A stretch of DNA of 63,130 nt from Desulfocapsaceae bacterium (GTDB lineage Bacteria; Desulfobacterota; Desulfobulbia; Desulfobulbales; Desulfocapsaceae): the NCBI GenBank assembly GCA_030065655.1, contig JASJDT010000021.1, positions 1 to 63,130 of the forward strand, in the 5' to 3' direction. Below are positions 9,218 through 17,780 of the stretch, piece by piece. The first letter of the stretch is position 1. Each line of letters begins with the position of its first letter. Under the pieces are notes generated by a model, which was given only the letters and a program-made list of their open reading frames with translations, was not told the origin of the DNA and did no database searches. Position numbers and translations under genes: made by a program.

Positions 9218-10921
9218 TTATGGCTTCATACGGTAGACGCCTTTGAGCGGCAAAACGTAGTTGCTGAAAACATTTTCGGAGTCGCTGCCAATGCTGGCCG
9301 GTTTTTTAACCATCTTCTCATATATCTGCTGTTGCACTTCGGTATTTTCAAAATTCAGACTCATCTCCAGAGCATACCTGGAATAATCAACAATGAGAAA
9401 ACGGAAAATTTCTTCGAGAAGCTCCTTGTCAACGGGATAATCCTCCTTTTTTTCCAAGATGAGTTGAGCGTAGACAATTAACGTGAATAGTTCACCGGCA
9501 GCGAGCATATAATCGATATTGCCAGCTTGTTCCTCAGTTGGTGGAGCCTCGATTAGCAGGGTCCGGAATAACTCAACCTGTTCCCGGAAAACGTTGATAT
9601 TAGGTGAGCTATTTTCCCTATACACCAACCGATAATCGGGAAATCTGATTTTGGCAAGTCCACCGGTGTACTGACGAAAAAGGTAGGAATCGTCACCGGC
9701 TTCATTACGCAGCGGTACCTCGGGATACTCGACAGGACTGAAGAAATAGTTACGCACAAATTTTACGATCAGAGCCATGTTGACATGCTCGGTGCCCTCG
9801 AGCTTGGGAAGCATACCGATATCCCGCAGGGCCATTTCAAAATAGGTGTCCTGCTCGTAACCTTTGGCGGCAATCACCTCATGGAGCAAACCGACCACCT
9901 TCTCACCTTCACCGGTCACCTTCATCTTGACGATTGGGTTGAAGAGCAGATATCTCCTGTCTTCATCCGAGGCTGCGCGCAGATAATCGGCCGCCCGGTG
10001 AGCAAAAAGCTTCATGGCAATAAGACGAGCATAAGATTCGGTAAACAGCTTCTGCACATGAGGAAAATCCGTAACCGCGCGACCGTAAAGGACTCGGTCT
10101 GCCGCATGATTGAGCGCTTCATAGAAACAATGGGTGGCAATGCCAATGGAGGCGCACCCGAGCTCATACTTGCCGATATTTACCGTGTTGAGTGAGGAAT
10201 TCCAGGCAAGATCACCGGTGGAGAGAATTTCGCCCTCGGTGATGGGATAGTCATGGAGGGTAAACTCGGCAACATAGGCCTGACGGACCCCGGAAGTATC
10301 TATTTTTTTTACGCACTCGTACTGCGGATGATCCGTGCGGACAGCGAAAAAGACATATTGGTCACTGCCATCAATTTTTCCGAAGGTGGAGACCAGGGCG
10401 GCACAGTTGCCGTTACCGATATAATACTTCGAGCCGCGGGCCAGATAGGTTCCATCGCCCTGGGGAAAGAGTTTCACCTCACTTGAGTAAAGATCGGCGC
10501 CATGTTCCTTCTCCGAAAGACCAAAGGCGAAAACGCCGCCCTGTCGCAGCAGTTCCGCCGTTGTGAATTTTATCTCTTCATTACTGCCCATCCAGATGGG
10601 ACCAAGGCCGAGAATGGTCACCTGCCAGGCATACCAGTAGCACAAGCCATAGAAGGCCAGAACCTCGTTATACTCACTGAGCCGCCACATGTCCCAACGG
10701 GTGGAACCATCGCCATATTGCTCGGGTGTGAGGAGGTCGGCAAATATTTGCTCCTCCTTGATAAATTCGAGGAAATCATCGTACCAGACCATGGCCTGAT
10801 CGTCTTTCTTGATCCTGGCCAGTCCTTTATTCTCGAAAAAAGCGATGGTCTTCTCGACCAGTTCGCGGGAACGGTCGTCTGCATGTTCGCGCTGGTAATT
10901 TGCGGGATTAAAGAGGATCAT
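9218..10921 (-). CDS. Acyl-CoA dehydrogenase family protein
   Basis: AFGLSEKEHGADL, GSKYYIGNG, LPKLEGT. Confidence 0.88.
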   Translation of the reverse strand: MILFNPANYQREHADDRSRELVEKTIAFFENKGLARIKKDDQAMVWYDDFLEFIKEEQIFADLLTPEQYGDGSTRWDMWRLSEYNEVLAFYGLCYWYAWQVTILGLGPIWMGSNEEIKFTTAELLRQGGVFAFGLSEKEHGADLYSSEVKLFPQGDGTYLARGSKYYIGNGNCAALVSTFGKIDGSDQYVFFAVRTDHPQYECVKKIDTSGVRQAYVAEFTLHDYPITEGEILSTGDLAWNSSLNTVNIGKYELGCASIGIATHCFYEALNHAADRVLYGRAVTDFPHVQKLFTESYARLIAMKLFAHRAADYLRAASDEDRRYLLFNPIVKMKVTGEGEKVVGLLHEVIAAKGYEQDTYFEMALRDIGMLPKLEGTEHVNMALIVKFVRNYFFSPVEYPEVPLRNEAGDDSYLFRQYTGGLAKIRFPDYRLVYRENSSPNINVFREQVELFRTLLIEAPPTEEQAGNIDYMLAAGELFTLIVYAQLILEKKEDYPVDKELLEEIFRFLIVDYSRYALEMSLNFENTEVQQQIYEKMVKKPASIGSDSENVFSNYVLPLKGVYRMKP

Positions 10922-10987
10922 GACATATTCTCCTGTAAGCGCACCTTGAAAAATGATCGATTCACCTGGCCTGTTCCACCAACAAAG

Positions 10988-11506
10988 CTATACTTTGGTA
11001 CGAACACTCTTCCAGTTCTTCACCTGCCAGGTGGTTTTTACCCTGGCCACCATATTGCCGGATATATCTTCTAGCACCGTGGTCATCACAATGGATGTCG
11101 CCTCCGCCGATCTCAGCGGCTGAATGATGTTATCCTGGAGGTCATCTTCAGACAATTCTGCGGTGGCAACAATATCCTTTTTGGCCTGATAAAAGTACTC
11201 TGCCTCGAGTTTTCCCATAATCAGCCGGTATTTGGTCGGATCAAGCTTGGTGAGCAGCAGGAAGCCCGCGGAAAATTCAGCAACGGTGGCTATGGCACAG
11301 GCATGTACGCCTCGGATATGATTGAAGTTGCTCCGCCGATATGGTGCAAAGGTCTCTATGCTGTTTTCAGCGATGGAGCGGATACGAAACCTGTGCGGCT
11401 TGTTGAAAGGGATAGTGCGGGCCAACAGCACATTGAGGATAAACAGCCATTTCTTAGATCTTCTCGCCCGGGGGATGAGGTATGGCAGGATAGCAAAACC
11501 CTTCAT
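10988..11506 (-). CDS. Hotdog-fold (PaaI/DUF4442) thioesterase-like protein
   Basis: IPFN, N.NHIRGVHACAIAT.AE. Its start overlaps the fadH stop by 4 nt. Confidence 0.8.
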   Translation of the reverse strand: MKGFAILPYLIPRARRSKKWLFILNVLLARTIPFNKPHRFRIRSIAENSIETFAPYRRSNFNHIRGVHACAIATVAEFSAGFLLLTKLDPTKYRLIMGKLEAEYFYQAKKDIVATAELSEDDLQDNIIQPLRSAEATSIVMTTVLEDISGNMVARVKTTWQVKNWKSVRTKV

Positions 11507-13503
11507 ACAACCTCATAGCCGGCCCGGAATCCCTGATGCGTTGCGGCCATCACCGTTGCCGGCCGCCGGGCGTCTCCGACAACCTTGCAGTCAACTCCCA
11601 GCTCCATGGCAATTTTCTCTACGGGATTAAAAGCGGATGTCCCAACCGCCAGAACCACCGTATCTGCTTCAAGACGTACCTGTTCGCCGTTTTGCCTGAT
11701 CACAACTTCTTGCTTGCCGATTTGCTCAACCACAGCCTTAGCCCTGACGTCAACACCATGACGGCCAAGATCTTGAAGCATCGACCAGCGCGTTGATTTG
11801 CCAAAATTACTTCCCAGCTTCTCTTCCATTTCAACGAGGGTCACCTTTCTCGTGCCCTCCAGGGCTAAACGCTTAAGCTCGTCCGGGGGCTCGGCGTCAT
11901 GGAGAAAGAGAAATTTCAATTCCTCAGCCGAAAGCGTTCCCTGCTGGGCGACCAGCAAGGCCGTCTCCACCCCAACAGCACCACCGCCGATAATGATGAT
12001 ACGCTCTCCGAGCAGCCAGCCATCCTGCAAAACGTCCCAAGCCTGGACGACATGGTCAAGGCTGGCACCGGTAATGGTGGGAGTGATCGGTTTCCCACCG
12101 GTGGCCGCAATAACCAGATCCGGTTGCTCGGTTTGCAACAGTGGACCATCCACCTCGGTATTGAGTACAACCCGGACATTACTGTTCCATATTTTTCTAA
12201 CGAGATCGGCGGCAAGATTACGAAACTCTTCCCTTCCAGGCGATGCGCCGGCTAAATGCAACTGGCCACCCAAACGCATGCTTTTTTCATAAAGACTGAC
12301 CTGATGCCCTCTGGCAGCCGCAACCAAAGCAGCGTTCATACCAGCCGGACCACCGCCTGCCACAATCACCCGCTTGGTTCCGGCACCTGGCTCAAGACGA
12401 TACTCTTGCTCATGACCCGCCAGCGGGTTGCATAGACATTCCACCTGCTTCATGCGGACAAGATTATCGAAACAGCCCTGTCCGCAGGCAACACAATGAA
12501 GGATGTCTCTCTCTTGTCCCTCTTTAACTTTACGTGGCAGGTCGGGATCGGCAATCAGCGCCCTGCCCATGGCAACCATATCACAAAACCCCTCACCGAT
12601 AAGTCGACGGCCGGTTGCCGGATCGTTTATACGATGACTGGCAATCACCGGGATATTGACGCTGTTCCTGATTTCCCGGGCCATATAAGCAAAGACGCCG
12701 CGTGGCACTTTAGTTACGATCTGAGGAACCTTCGCCTCATGCCAGCCGACATTCACACAGAGCGCATCTGCGCCCTGCTCAGCCAGTGCAACGGCAAACC
12801 GATGCAACTCCTGGCGGCCATTACCACCATACATGAAGTCATTGCCGTTTATCCGCACCAGTATGGGAACATTACCTATTTGGGAACGAATGGATCGGAC
12901 AATCTCAAGACCGAACCGCATTCGATTTGTCAGGGGACCGCCGTAGCTGTCGGTACGGGTGTTGGTTAACGGTGAAAGAAACTCGCTGATCAGATATCCG
13001 GTCCCGGCAAGAATCTCGACAATATCAAAACCAGCATCGACCACCCGTTGAGCTGCCAGGGCAAAGCTCTGCTGCACAGCGGCGATATCTGCTTCGGTCA
13101 TTTCTCTGGGCGTCTCCCCCGTCAGTCTGGAAGCAATAGGTGACGGGGCAATCGGTGCTCTGCCGCCCAGCAGGGCCGAGTGATTGTAACGACCCGCATG
13201 GTTGAGTTGTACTGCTGCTTTGGCTCCACCTAAATGAATAGCCTCGGCCAGCTGGTTCAGCCCGGGTAGAAACCTGTCATCATGGGCCCCGATGTTGCCG
13301 CCATTGCCGGAGAGTTCATCGACGGTGGCATAGCCCGTACTGATCAGGCCGGCACCACCCTCGCTTCTTCTTTTATAAAACTCAATCAGCTTTTCGGTAA
13401 CCTCAAAATTCCGGCACATGTTGAGGTGCATGGCCGGCATAAAGATACGGTTGTCAATTTTCTGCGAGCCGATGGTGAGCGGTTGCAATAATGGATCGAT
13501 CAT
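11503..13503 (-). CDS. fadH: NADPH-dependent 2,4-dienoyl-CoA reductase (OYE FMN barrel + 4Fe-4S + FAD)
   Basis: NRIFMPAMH, GYLISEFLSP, CVACGQGC...C, GGGPAG, GGGAVG. The start was moved to ATG 13503 (MIDPLL), which has a GGGAG RBS. Confidence 0.88.
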   Translation of the reverse strand: MIDPLLQPLTIGSQKIDNRIFMPAMHLNMCRNFEVTEKLIEFYKRRSEGGAGLISTGYATVDELSGNGGNIGAHDDRFLPGLNQLAEAIHLGGAKAAVQLNHAGRYNHSALLGGRAPIAPSPIASRLTGETPREMTEADIAAVQQSFALAAQRVVDAGFDIVEILAGTGYLISEFLSPLTNTRTDSYGGPLTNRMRFGLEIVRSIRSQIGNVPILVRINGNDFMYGGNGRQELHRFAVALAEQGADALCVNVGWHEAKVPQIVTKVPRGVFAYMAREIRNSVNIPVIASHRINDPATGRRLIGEGFCDMVAMGRALIADPDLPRKVKEGQERDILHCVACGQGCFDNLVRMKQVECLCNPLAGHEQEYRLEPGAGTKRVIVAGGGPAGMNAALVAAARGHQVSLYEKSMRLGGQLHLAGASPGREEFRNLAADLVRKIWNSNVRVVLNTEVDGPLLQTEQPDLVIAATGGKPITPTITGASLDHVVQAWDVLQDGWLLGERIIIIGGGAVGVETALLVAQQGTLSAEELKFLFLHDAEPPDELKRLALEGTRKVTLVEMEEKLGSNFGKSTRWSMLQDLGRHGVDVRAKAVVEQIGKQEVVIRQNGEQVRLEADTVVLAVGTSAFNPVEKIAMELGVDCKVVGDARRPATVMAATHQGFRAGYEVV

Positions 13504-14461
13504 CTTGGTCGTTCTCCCGGATTTGGGTGGCTTGCTGGTATTTCTCGACAACGTGGTCGAAGAGGCCAATTGTCTGCAGCGAATCCTTCAGAATTTGCGG
13601 CTGTTCAAGAAAATCCTGCATGAAGGCGATTTCCGAAGCTTTGAGATAGACATGCAACGGATCTTTCACCTTACTGCCGAAGAGTTTATCAATGGTGCCG
13701 GCAATATTATCCTTGTGTACTGCCGACCCAAGCGAGACGACCCGATCCAGCATTTTGGCAACATAGAAAATTAGGGTCTCATCAACGCTGTCAATACTTA
13801 CCCTATGACCTGGGAAGACCTGTTTTTCACGGATTCTCGCCAGCTTCTTCAAAGTGGTGCAATAAGCCTCATAGTTTCTAAATCTTTCACCTGTTTCCAG
13901 ATCGACATCAAGTAGAGGAGATTGAAATACACCTTTGAGCAATACATCGCCGGTAACTGCCCAGTCTTCGGAAAAATAAATGATATCACTTTGTGAATGG
14001 CCAGGACAGCTCAGGAGATCGAGGCCCAGGGAAGAAGGAAAATCATCTTCAACGATATTATACCTCTCCGGGTATGAAGGAAAATTGCTGCGGCTGCCAA
14101 CCAGCTTATGAAGCTCCTCCAAATATGCACCACTAAAGCCCATATCTCGCAGGATAATAGACATATCACTGACCCTTTTCTCGTGTTCGAGCATTTTCAG
14201 GCTGTCACGATAAGGAAGAAATATCTCCGCAGATGATTCCTGGGCAAGCCAAGCTGCCAAACCGTAGTGGTCAATATGGCAGTGGGTAAGAAAGACATAC
14301 CTAAGCCTGCTCAAATCGATATGATTAAGGAAATACTCTTTTGCCGGCTCGGTGGGAGGTCCGGTATCAAAAAGTACCAAAGCACCATCGACCTCCGAGG
14401 TGTAACAATGGACCGGACCGACCATGTAGGGCGTGTTGATGGTATGCTGGGTAACTCTCAT
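13454..14461 (-). CDS. MBL-fold metallo-hydrolase
   Basis: LFDTG, THCHIDHYG, PGHS, GD and PGH motifs. ATG 14461 has an AGGA RBS. The 3' end overlaps the fadH start by ~50 nt. Confidence 0.85.
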   Translation of the reverse strand: MRVTQHTINTPYMVGPVHCYTSEVDGALVLFDTGPPTEPAKEYFLNHIDLSRLRYVFLTHCHIDHYGLAAWLAQESSAEIFLPYRDSLKMLEHEKRVSDMSIILRDMGFSGAYLEELHKLVGSRSNFPSYPERYNIVEDDFPSSLGLDLLSCPGHSQSDIIYFSEDWAVTGDVLLKGVFQSPLLDVDLETGERFRNYEAYCTTLKKLARIREKQVFPGHRVSIDSVDETLIFYVAKMLDRVVSLGSAVHKDNIAGTIDKLFGSKVKDPLHVYLKASEIAFMQDFLEQPQILKDSLQTIGLFDHVVEKYQQATQIRENDQDDRSIIATAHHRLAEN

Positions 14462-14477
14462 AATGTCCTGCAATTTG

Positions 14478-14521
14478 AAAAAATTCGACCGGAATACAAC
14501 TAATCGCGCTATATTCCGGTC
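14478..14521 (-). terminator. Putative intrinsic terminator/hairpin between fadE and the MBL hydrolase gene
   Basis: 10-bp stem gaccggaata (14487-14496) / tattccggtc (14512-14521), followed on the minus strand by gaaTTTTTT. Confidence 0.5.
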
Positions 14522-14584
14522 TTTCGGTATATTCTTTAAAAGATTATCCAGGACTGAAGATGTAACCTCTCACGAGGCATCACA

Positions 14585-16360
14585 TCAGAAAAGATACTTC
14601 TCGCTTTCAGATGACGCACTGGCAAGCAATCTCTTAGCCTGGAGCAGACCGGTTGCATCATACTTGGTGAAGCGGCGCACACCTGAAAGGATCATGGTCA
14701 GGGTGTCTCCTTCTTCAATATAGAAGGCCCCTTTACGGGCCGCGCTGCCGGTTGCTTCCGCGGCGTCAAAGGCAAACACCTTGACAGCGGCAAGATACAG
14801 CTCCTTCTTGCTCTCCGAAACGTTGTCGTAGTTTTTCTCTGCCCGCAACAGGGCGCTTTCCAAGGCATAGATCTGAATGGCGATATCAGCAGCAGCCATG
14901 AGAATTTCCTGCTCATCGGCGATCTTGTCCATGTATTTTTGAACGCCGGCCCCTGCCAGGATGAGGAACAGGGTCTTCATGTTTTTGAGAAGCGCTTTTT
15001 CCGCAGCAAAGGGGACATCTTCGATTTCCTCGAAGCTGGGGGTCATCAAAGCCTCAAAGGCTTTCATGGCTTCAGCCTGCAAGGGCAGCTCCCCTTTCAT
15101 GGACTTACGCAGGATCATGCCGGGAATGAGCAGGCGGTTGATCTCGTTGGTTCCCTCGAAGATTCTGTTAATCCGCTCGTCCCGGTAATATCTCTCTGCT
15201 GGATATTCGCTGCAAAAGCCGTAACCACCGTGGATCTGCACCACTTCATCCACCGTCTTGGCCAGAACCTCAGAGCAGAACACCTTGGATATACCGCATT
15301 CCGGAGCATATTCCTCAATACCCTTCTGGTATTCCTCGTAGTAGTTATCGATGCCCTTCTCAATAGTGGCCAGTTTATTATCGAGATCACCTGCCAGGCG
15401 ATAGACAAGTGATTCGGAGGCAAATATCTTGGCGGTCAGATCGGCAATTTTTTCTTTTATTGCCCCAAATTTGGCAATCGGTGTCTTGAATTGCTTACGT
15501 TCATTAGCGTATTTGATACCTTCCACCAGGGCCATTTTAGAGGCCCCGGTAACACCGGCGCCCAGCTTGAATCGACCAACGTTGAGCACGTTGAAGGCAA
15601 TCTTGTGGCCTTTGCCAATCTCGCCAAGCACGTTTTCCACCGGTACCTTGCAGTTATCGAGGATGATCTGGGTGGTTGAGGAACCTTTGATACCCAGCTT
15701 CTTCTCCTCTGCGCCAACCACCAGACCTTCAAAGCTTTTTTCCACGAGAAAGGCGGTGAAGTGTTCTTTATCGATTTTGGCAAAGACGGTATACAACTGG
15801 GCAAAACCACCATTGGTGATGTACTGCTTGGTACCGTTGAGGATATAGTGCTTGCCGTCTTCGGAGAGTACGGCCGAAGCCTGCGCCCCCAGGGCGTCAC
15901 TGCCGGAACCAGGCTCGGTGAGGCAATAGGCGGCAATCCATTCGCCGGAAGTAATTTTCTCGAGATATTTTTCCTTCTGCTCGGGTGTACCATAGTAGAT
16001 GAGCGGCAAGGTTCCGATACCGGTATGAGCGGCGTAAGCCACAGAAAACGAACCGCCCATGGAGACCTTTTCACTGACCAGCATGGAAGAGGCTTTATCC
16101 AGTTCCAGACCACCATATTCCTCGGGAGAATCCATCATCAGGAGTCCGAGTTCACCGCATTTCTGCATGCCATCTACCACGATATCAAAATTCTGCTTAT
16201 CGATCTCGTCGATGTGGGGCATGATTTCATTGACAATGAATTGCTCGGTGGTCTCACCCATTTGCTTCTGCTCGTCGGTGAAGTCCTCGGGAGTAAAGAT
16301 ATCTTCACATGCAAGATCCGCAATGAGGTATTCGCCGCCTTTTAATATAGTATCAGCCAT
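14585..16360 (-). CDS. fadE: Acyl-CoA dehydrogenase (Bacillus FadE/ACAD9-VLCAD-like, long form)
   Basis: KGGEYL, IFTPEDF, AYCLTEPGSGSDA, QIHGGYG, RIFEGTNEINR. Likely start MADTIL at 16360. Confidence 0.88.
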   Translation of the reverse strand: MADTILKGGEYLIADLACEDIFTPEDFTDEQKQMGETTEQFIVNEIMPHIDEIDKQNFDIVVDGMQKCGELGLLMMDSPEEYGGLELDKASSMLVSEKVSMGGSFSVAYAAHTGIGTLPLIYYGTPEQKEKYLEKITSGEWIAAYCLTEPGSGSDALGAQASAVLSEDGKHYILNGTKQYITNGGFAQLYTVFAKIDKEHFTAFLVEKSFEGLVVGAEEKKLGIKGSSTTQIILDNCKVPVENVLGEIGKGHKIAFNVLNVGRFKLGAGVTGASKMALVEGIKYANERKQFKTPIAKFGAIKEKIADLTAKIFASESLVYRLAGDLDNKLATIEKGIDNYYEEYQKGIEEYAPECGISKVFCSEVLAKTVDEVVQIHGGYGFCSEYPAERYYRDERINRIFEGTNEINRLLIPGMILRKSMKGELPLQAEAMKAFEALMTPSFEEIEDVPFAAEKALLKNMKTLFLILAGAGVQKYMDKIADEQEILMAAADIAIQIYALESALLRAEKNYDNVSESKKELYLAAVKVFAFDAAEATGSAARKGAFYIEEGDTLTMILSGVRRFTKYDATGLLQAKRLLASASSESEKYLF

Positions 16361-16394
16361 TTTTTCACCTAGATAATTTGTAGTCATCTGTAGT

Positions 16395-16539
16395 TAGTTT
16401 CCATCCTAAAATTAGCTATTTTGTTTGAGATCAAGGCATGCAAAAAATTTTGCCACAGGCATATAATTGATATTCCGCGGATAAAATTTTGCGCATAACG
16501 AAGATATCGGGCAAAAGAGCAGTTATAGGATAGGAACTA
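16395..16539. repeat. ~145-bp palindromic MITE/REP-like element with TA ends
   Basis: The left end tagtttccatcctaaaattagctattttgtttgagatc aligns imperfectly with the reverse complement of the right end, tagttcctatcctataactgctcttttgcccgatatc. Inner arms aaaattttgccacagg / ccgcggataaaatttt also pair. Confidence 0.7.
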
Positions 16540-16540
16540 G

Positions 16541-17713
16541 TTATAACTTCTCATAGATTCCAGCAGCACCCATACCGCCACCGATACACATGGAAACAAT
16601 GCCGTATTTTGATTTACGTCGACCCATTTCGTGAAGCAGGGTTGCCGTGAGTTTGGCTCCAGTACAGCCAAGCGGATGGCCCAAAGCAATGGCGCCGCCG
16701 TTGACATTGACGATGTCTGTATTTAATCCCAGCTCTTGCACAACCGCCAGGGCTTGGGCGGCAAAGGCCTCATTGAGTTCAATGAGATCGATATCGTCGA
16801 GCTGCAAATCAGCCATCTTCAATACCGCCGGTATAGCCTCCACCGGACCAATGCCCATTACCTCGGGGGGGACACCTTTGACCGCGTAGGCCACAAAACG
16901 GGCGAAAGGATCCTTGCTGATTTCTTTGAGAAAGTCTTCAGAAACCACCATGGACACTGCAGCACCGTCCGTTGTCTGGGATGAGTTACCAGCGGTGACC
17001 GGACCACCAACCTTGAAGACTGAACGCAGCTTCGCCAGAACTTCAGCGGTGGTTCCCGCCCGAACACCGTCATCGATGCTTACCATCTCTTTGTCACGTT
17101 TGATCTTCCCATTGACCAGAGTGGTTTTTTCCACTTCAACCGGGATTATCTCATCGGCAAAACGGCCTTCCTTGATCGCGGCAGCCGCTCTGGCATGACT
17201 TTGGGCGGCGAACTGGTCCATGGCCTCACGGCTGATGCCGTAGCGCTCCGCCACGATTTCTGCAGTCACGCCCATGGAACAAAAGGATTCAGGCCAATCG
17301 GCCACCAGGGTAGGGTTGGCGCTGTATTTATTGCCGCCAAGAGGTACTGAGGACATGGACTCTGCCCCGCCGGCAATAATGCAATCAGCATAGCCCAGCA
17401 TGATACGCTCGGCTGCCATGGAAATAGTCTGGATGCCCGAGCAACAAAAACGATTGATGGTCTGCCCGGGGACCTCGATGGGCAAGCCCGCCTTCATGGC
17501 TGCAACTCTCCCCATGTTCATACCCTGTTCCGCCTCGGGAAAGGCGCAGCCAAGATATACATCTTCAATCTTGGCTGGATCAACCTCGGTACGCTCCATC
17601 AGCCCTTTAATCGCCGTGGCGGCAAGATCATCGGGGCGAACATCCTTCAAATTACCTTTGTTGGCTCGGCAGCCGGGAGTCCGGTAGCTTGCCAGTATAT
17701 AGGCCTGTCTCAT
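16541..17713 (-). CDS. fadA: Acetyl-CoA C-acyltransferase (3-ketoacyl-CoA thiolase)
   Basis: [37 protein letters not shown]. Confidence 0.93.
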   Translation of the reverse strand: MRQAYILASYRTPGCRANKGNLKDVRPDDLAATAIKGLMERTEVDPAKIEDVYLGCAFPEAEQGMNMGRVAAMKAGLPIEVPGQTINRFCCSGIQTISMAAERIMLGYADCIIAGGAESMSSVPLGGNKYSANPTLVADWPESFCSMGVTAEIVAERYGISREAMDQFAAQSHARAAAAIKEGRFADEIIPVEVEKTTLVNGKIKRDKEMVSIDDGVRAGTTAEVLAKLRSVFKVGGPVTAGNSSQTTDGAAVSMVVSEDFLKEISKDPFARFVAYAVKGVPPEVMGIGPVEAIPAVLKMADLQLDDIDLIELNEAFAAQALAVVQELGLNTDIVNVNGGAIALGHPLGCTGAKLTATLLHEMGRRKSKYGIVSMCIGGGMGAAGIYEKL

Positions 17714-17780
17714 ATCTATCCTCCCAAGTGGGTATCTGGTATCACCAGGATGGTTATACGGTATCGATCGTTATTAACGC

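Noticed and set aside
13504-13569. 22-aa N-terminal extension of fadH in the ORF track
   Set aside because: It lies inside the MBL gene. ATG 13503 has an RBS and matches the family start.
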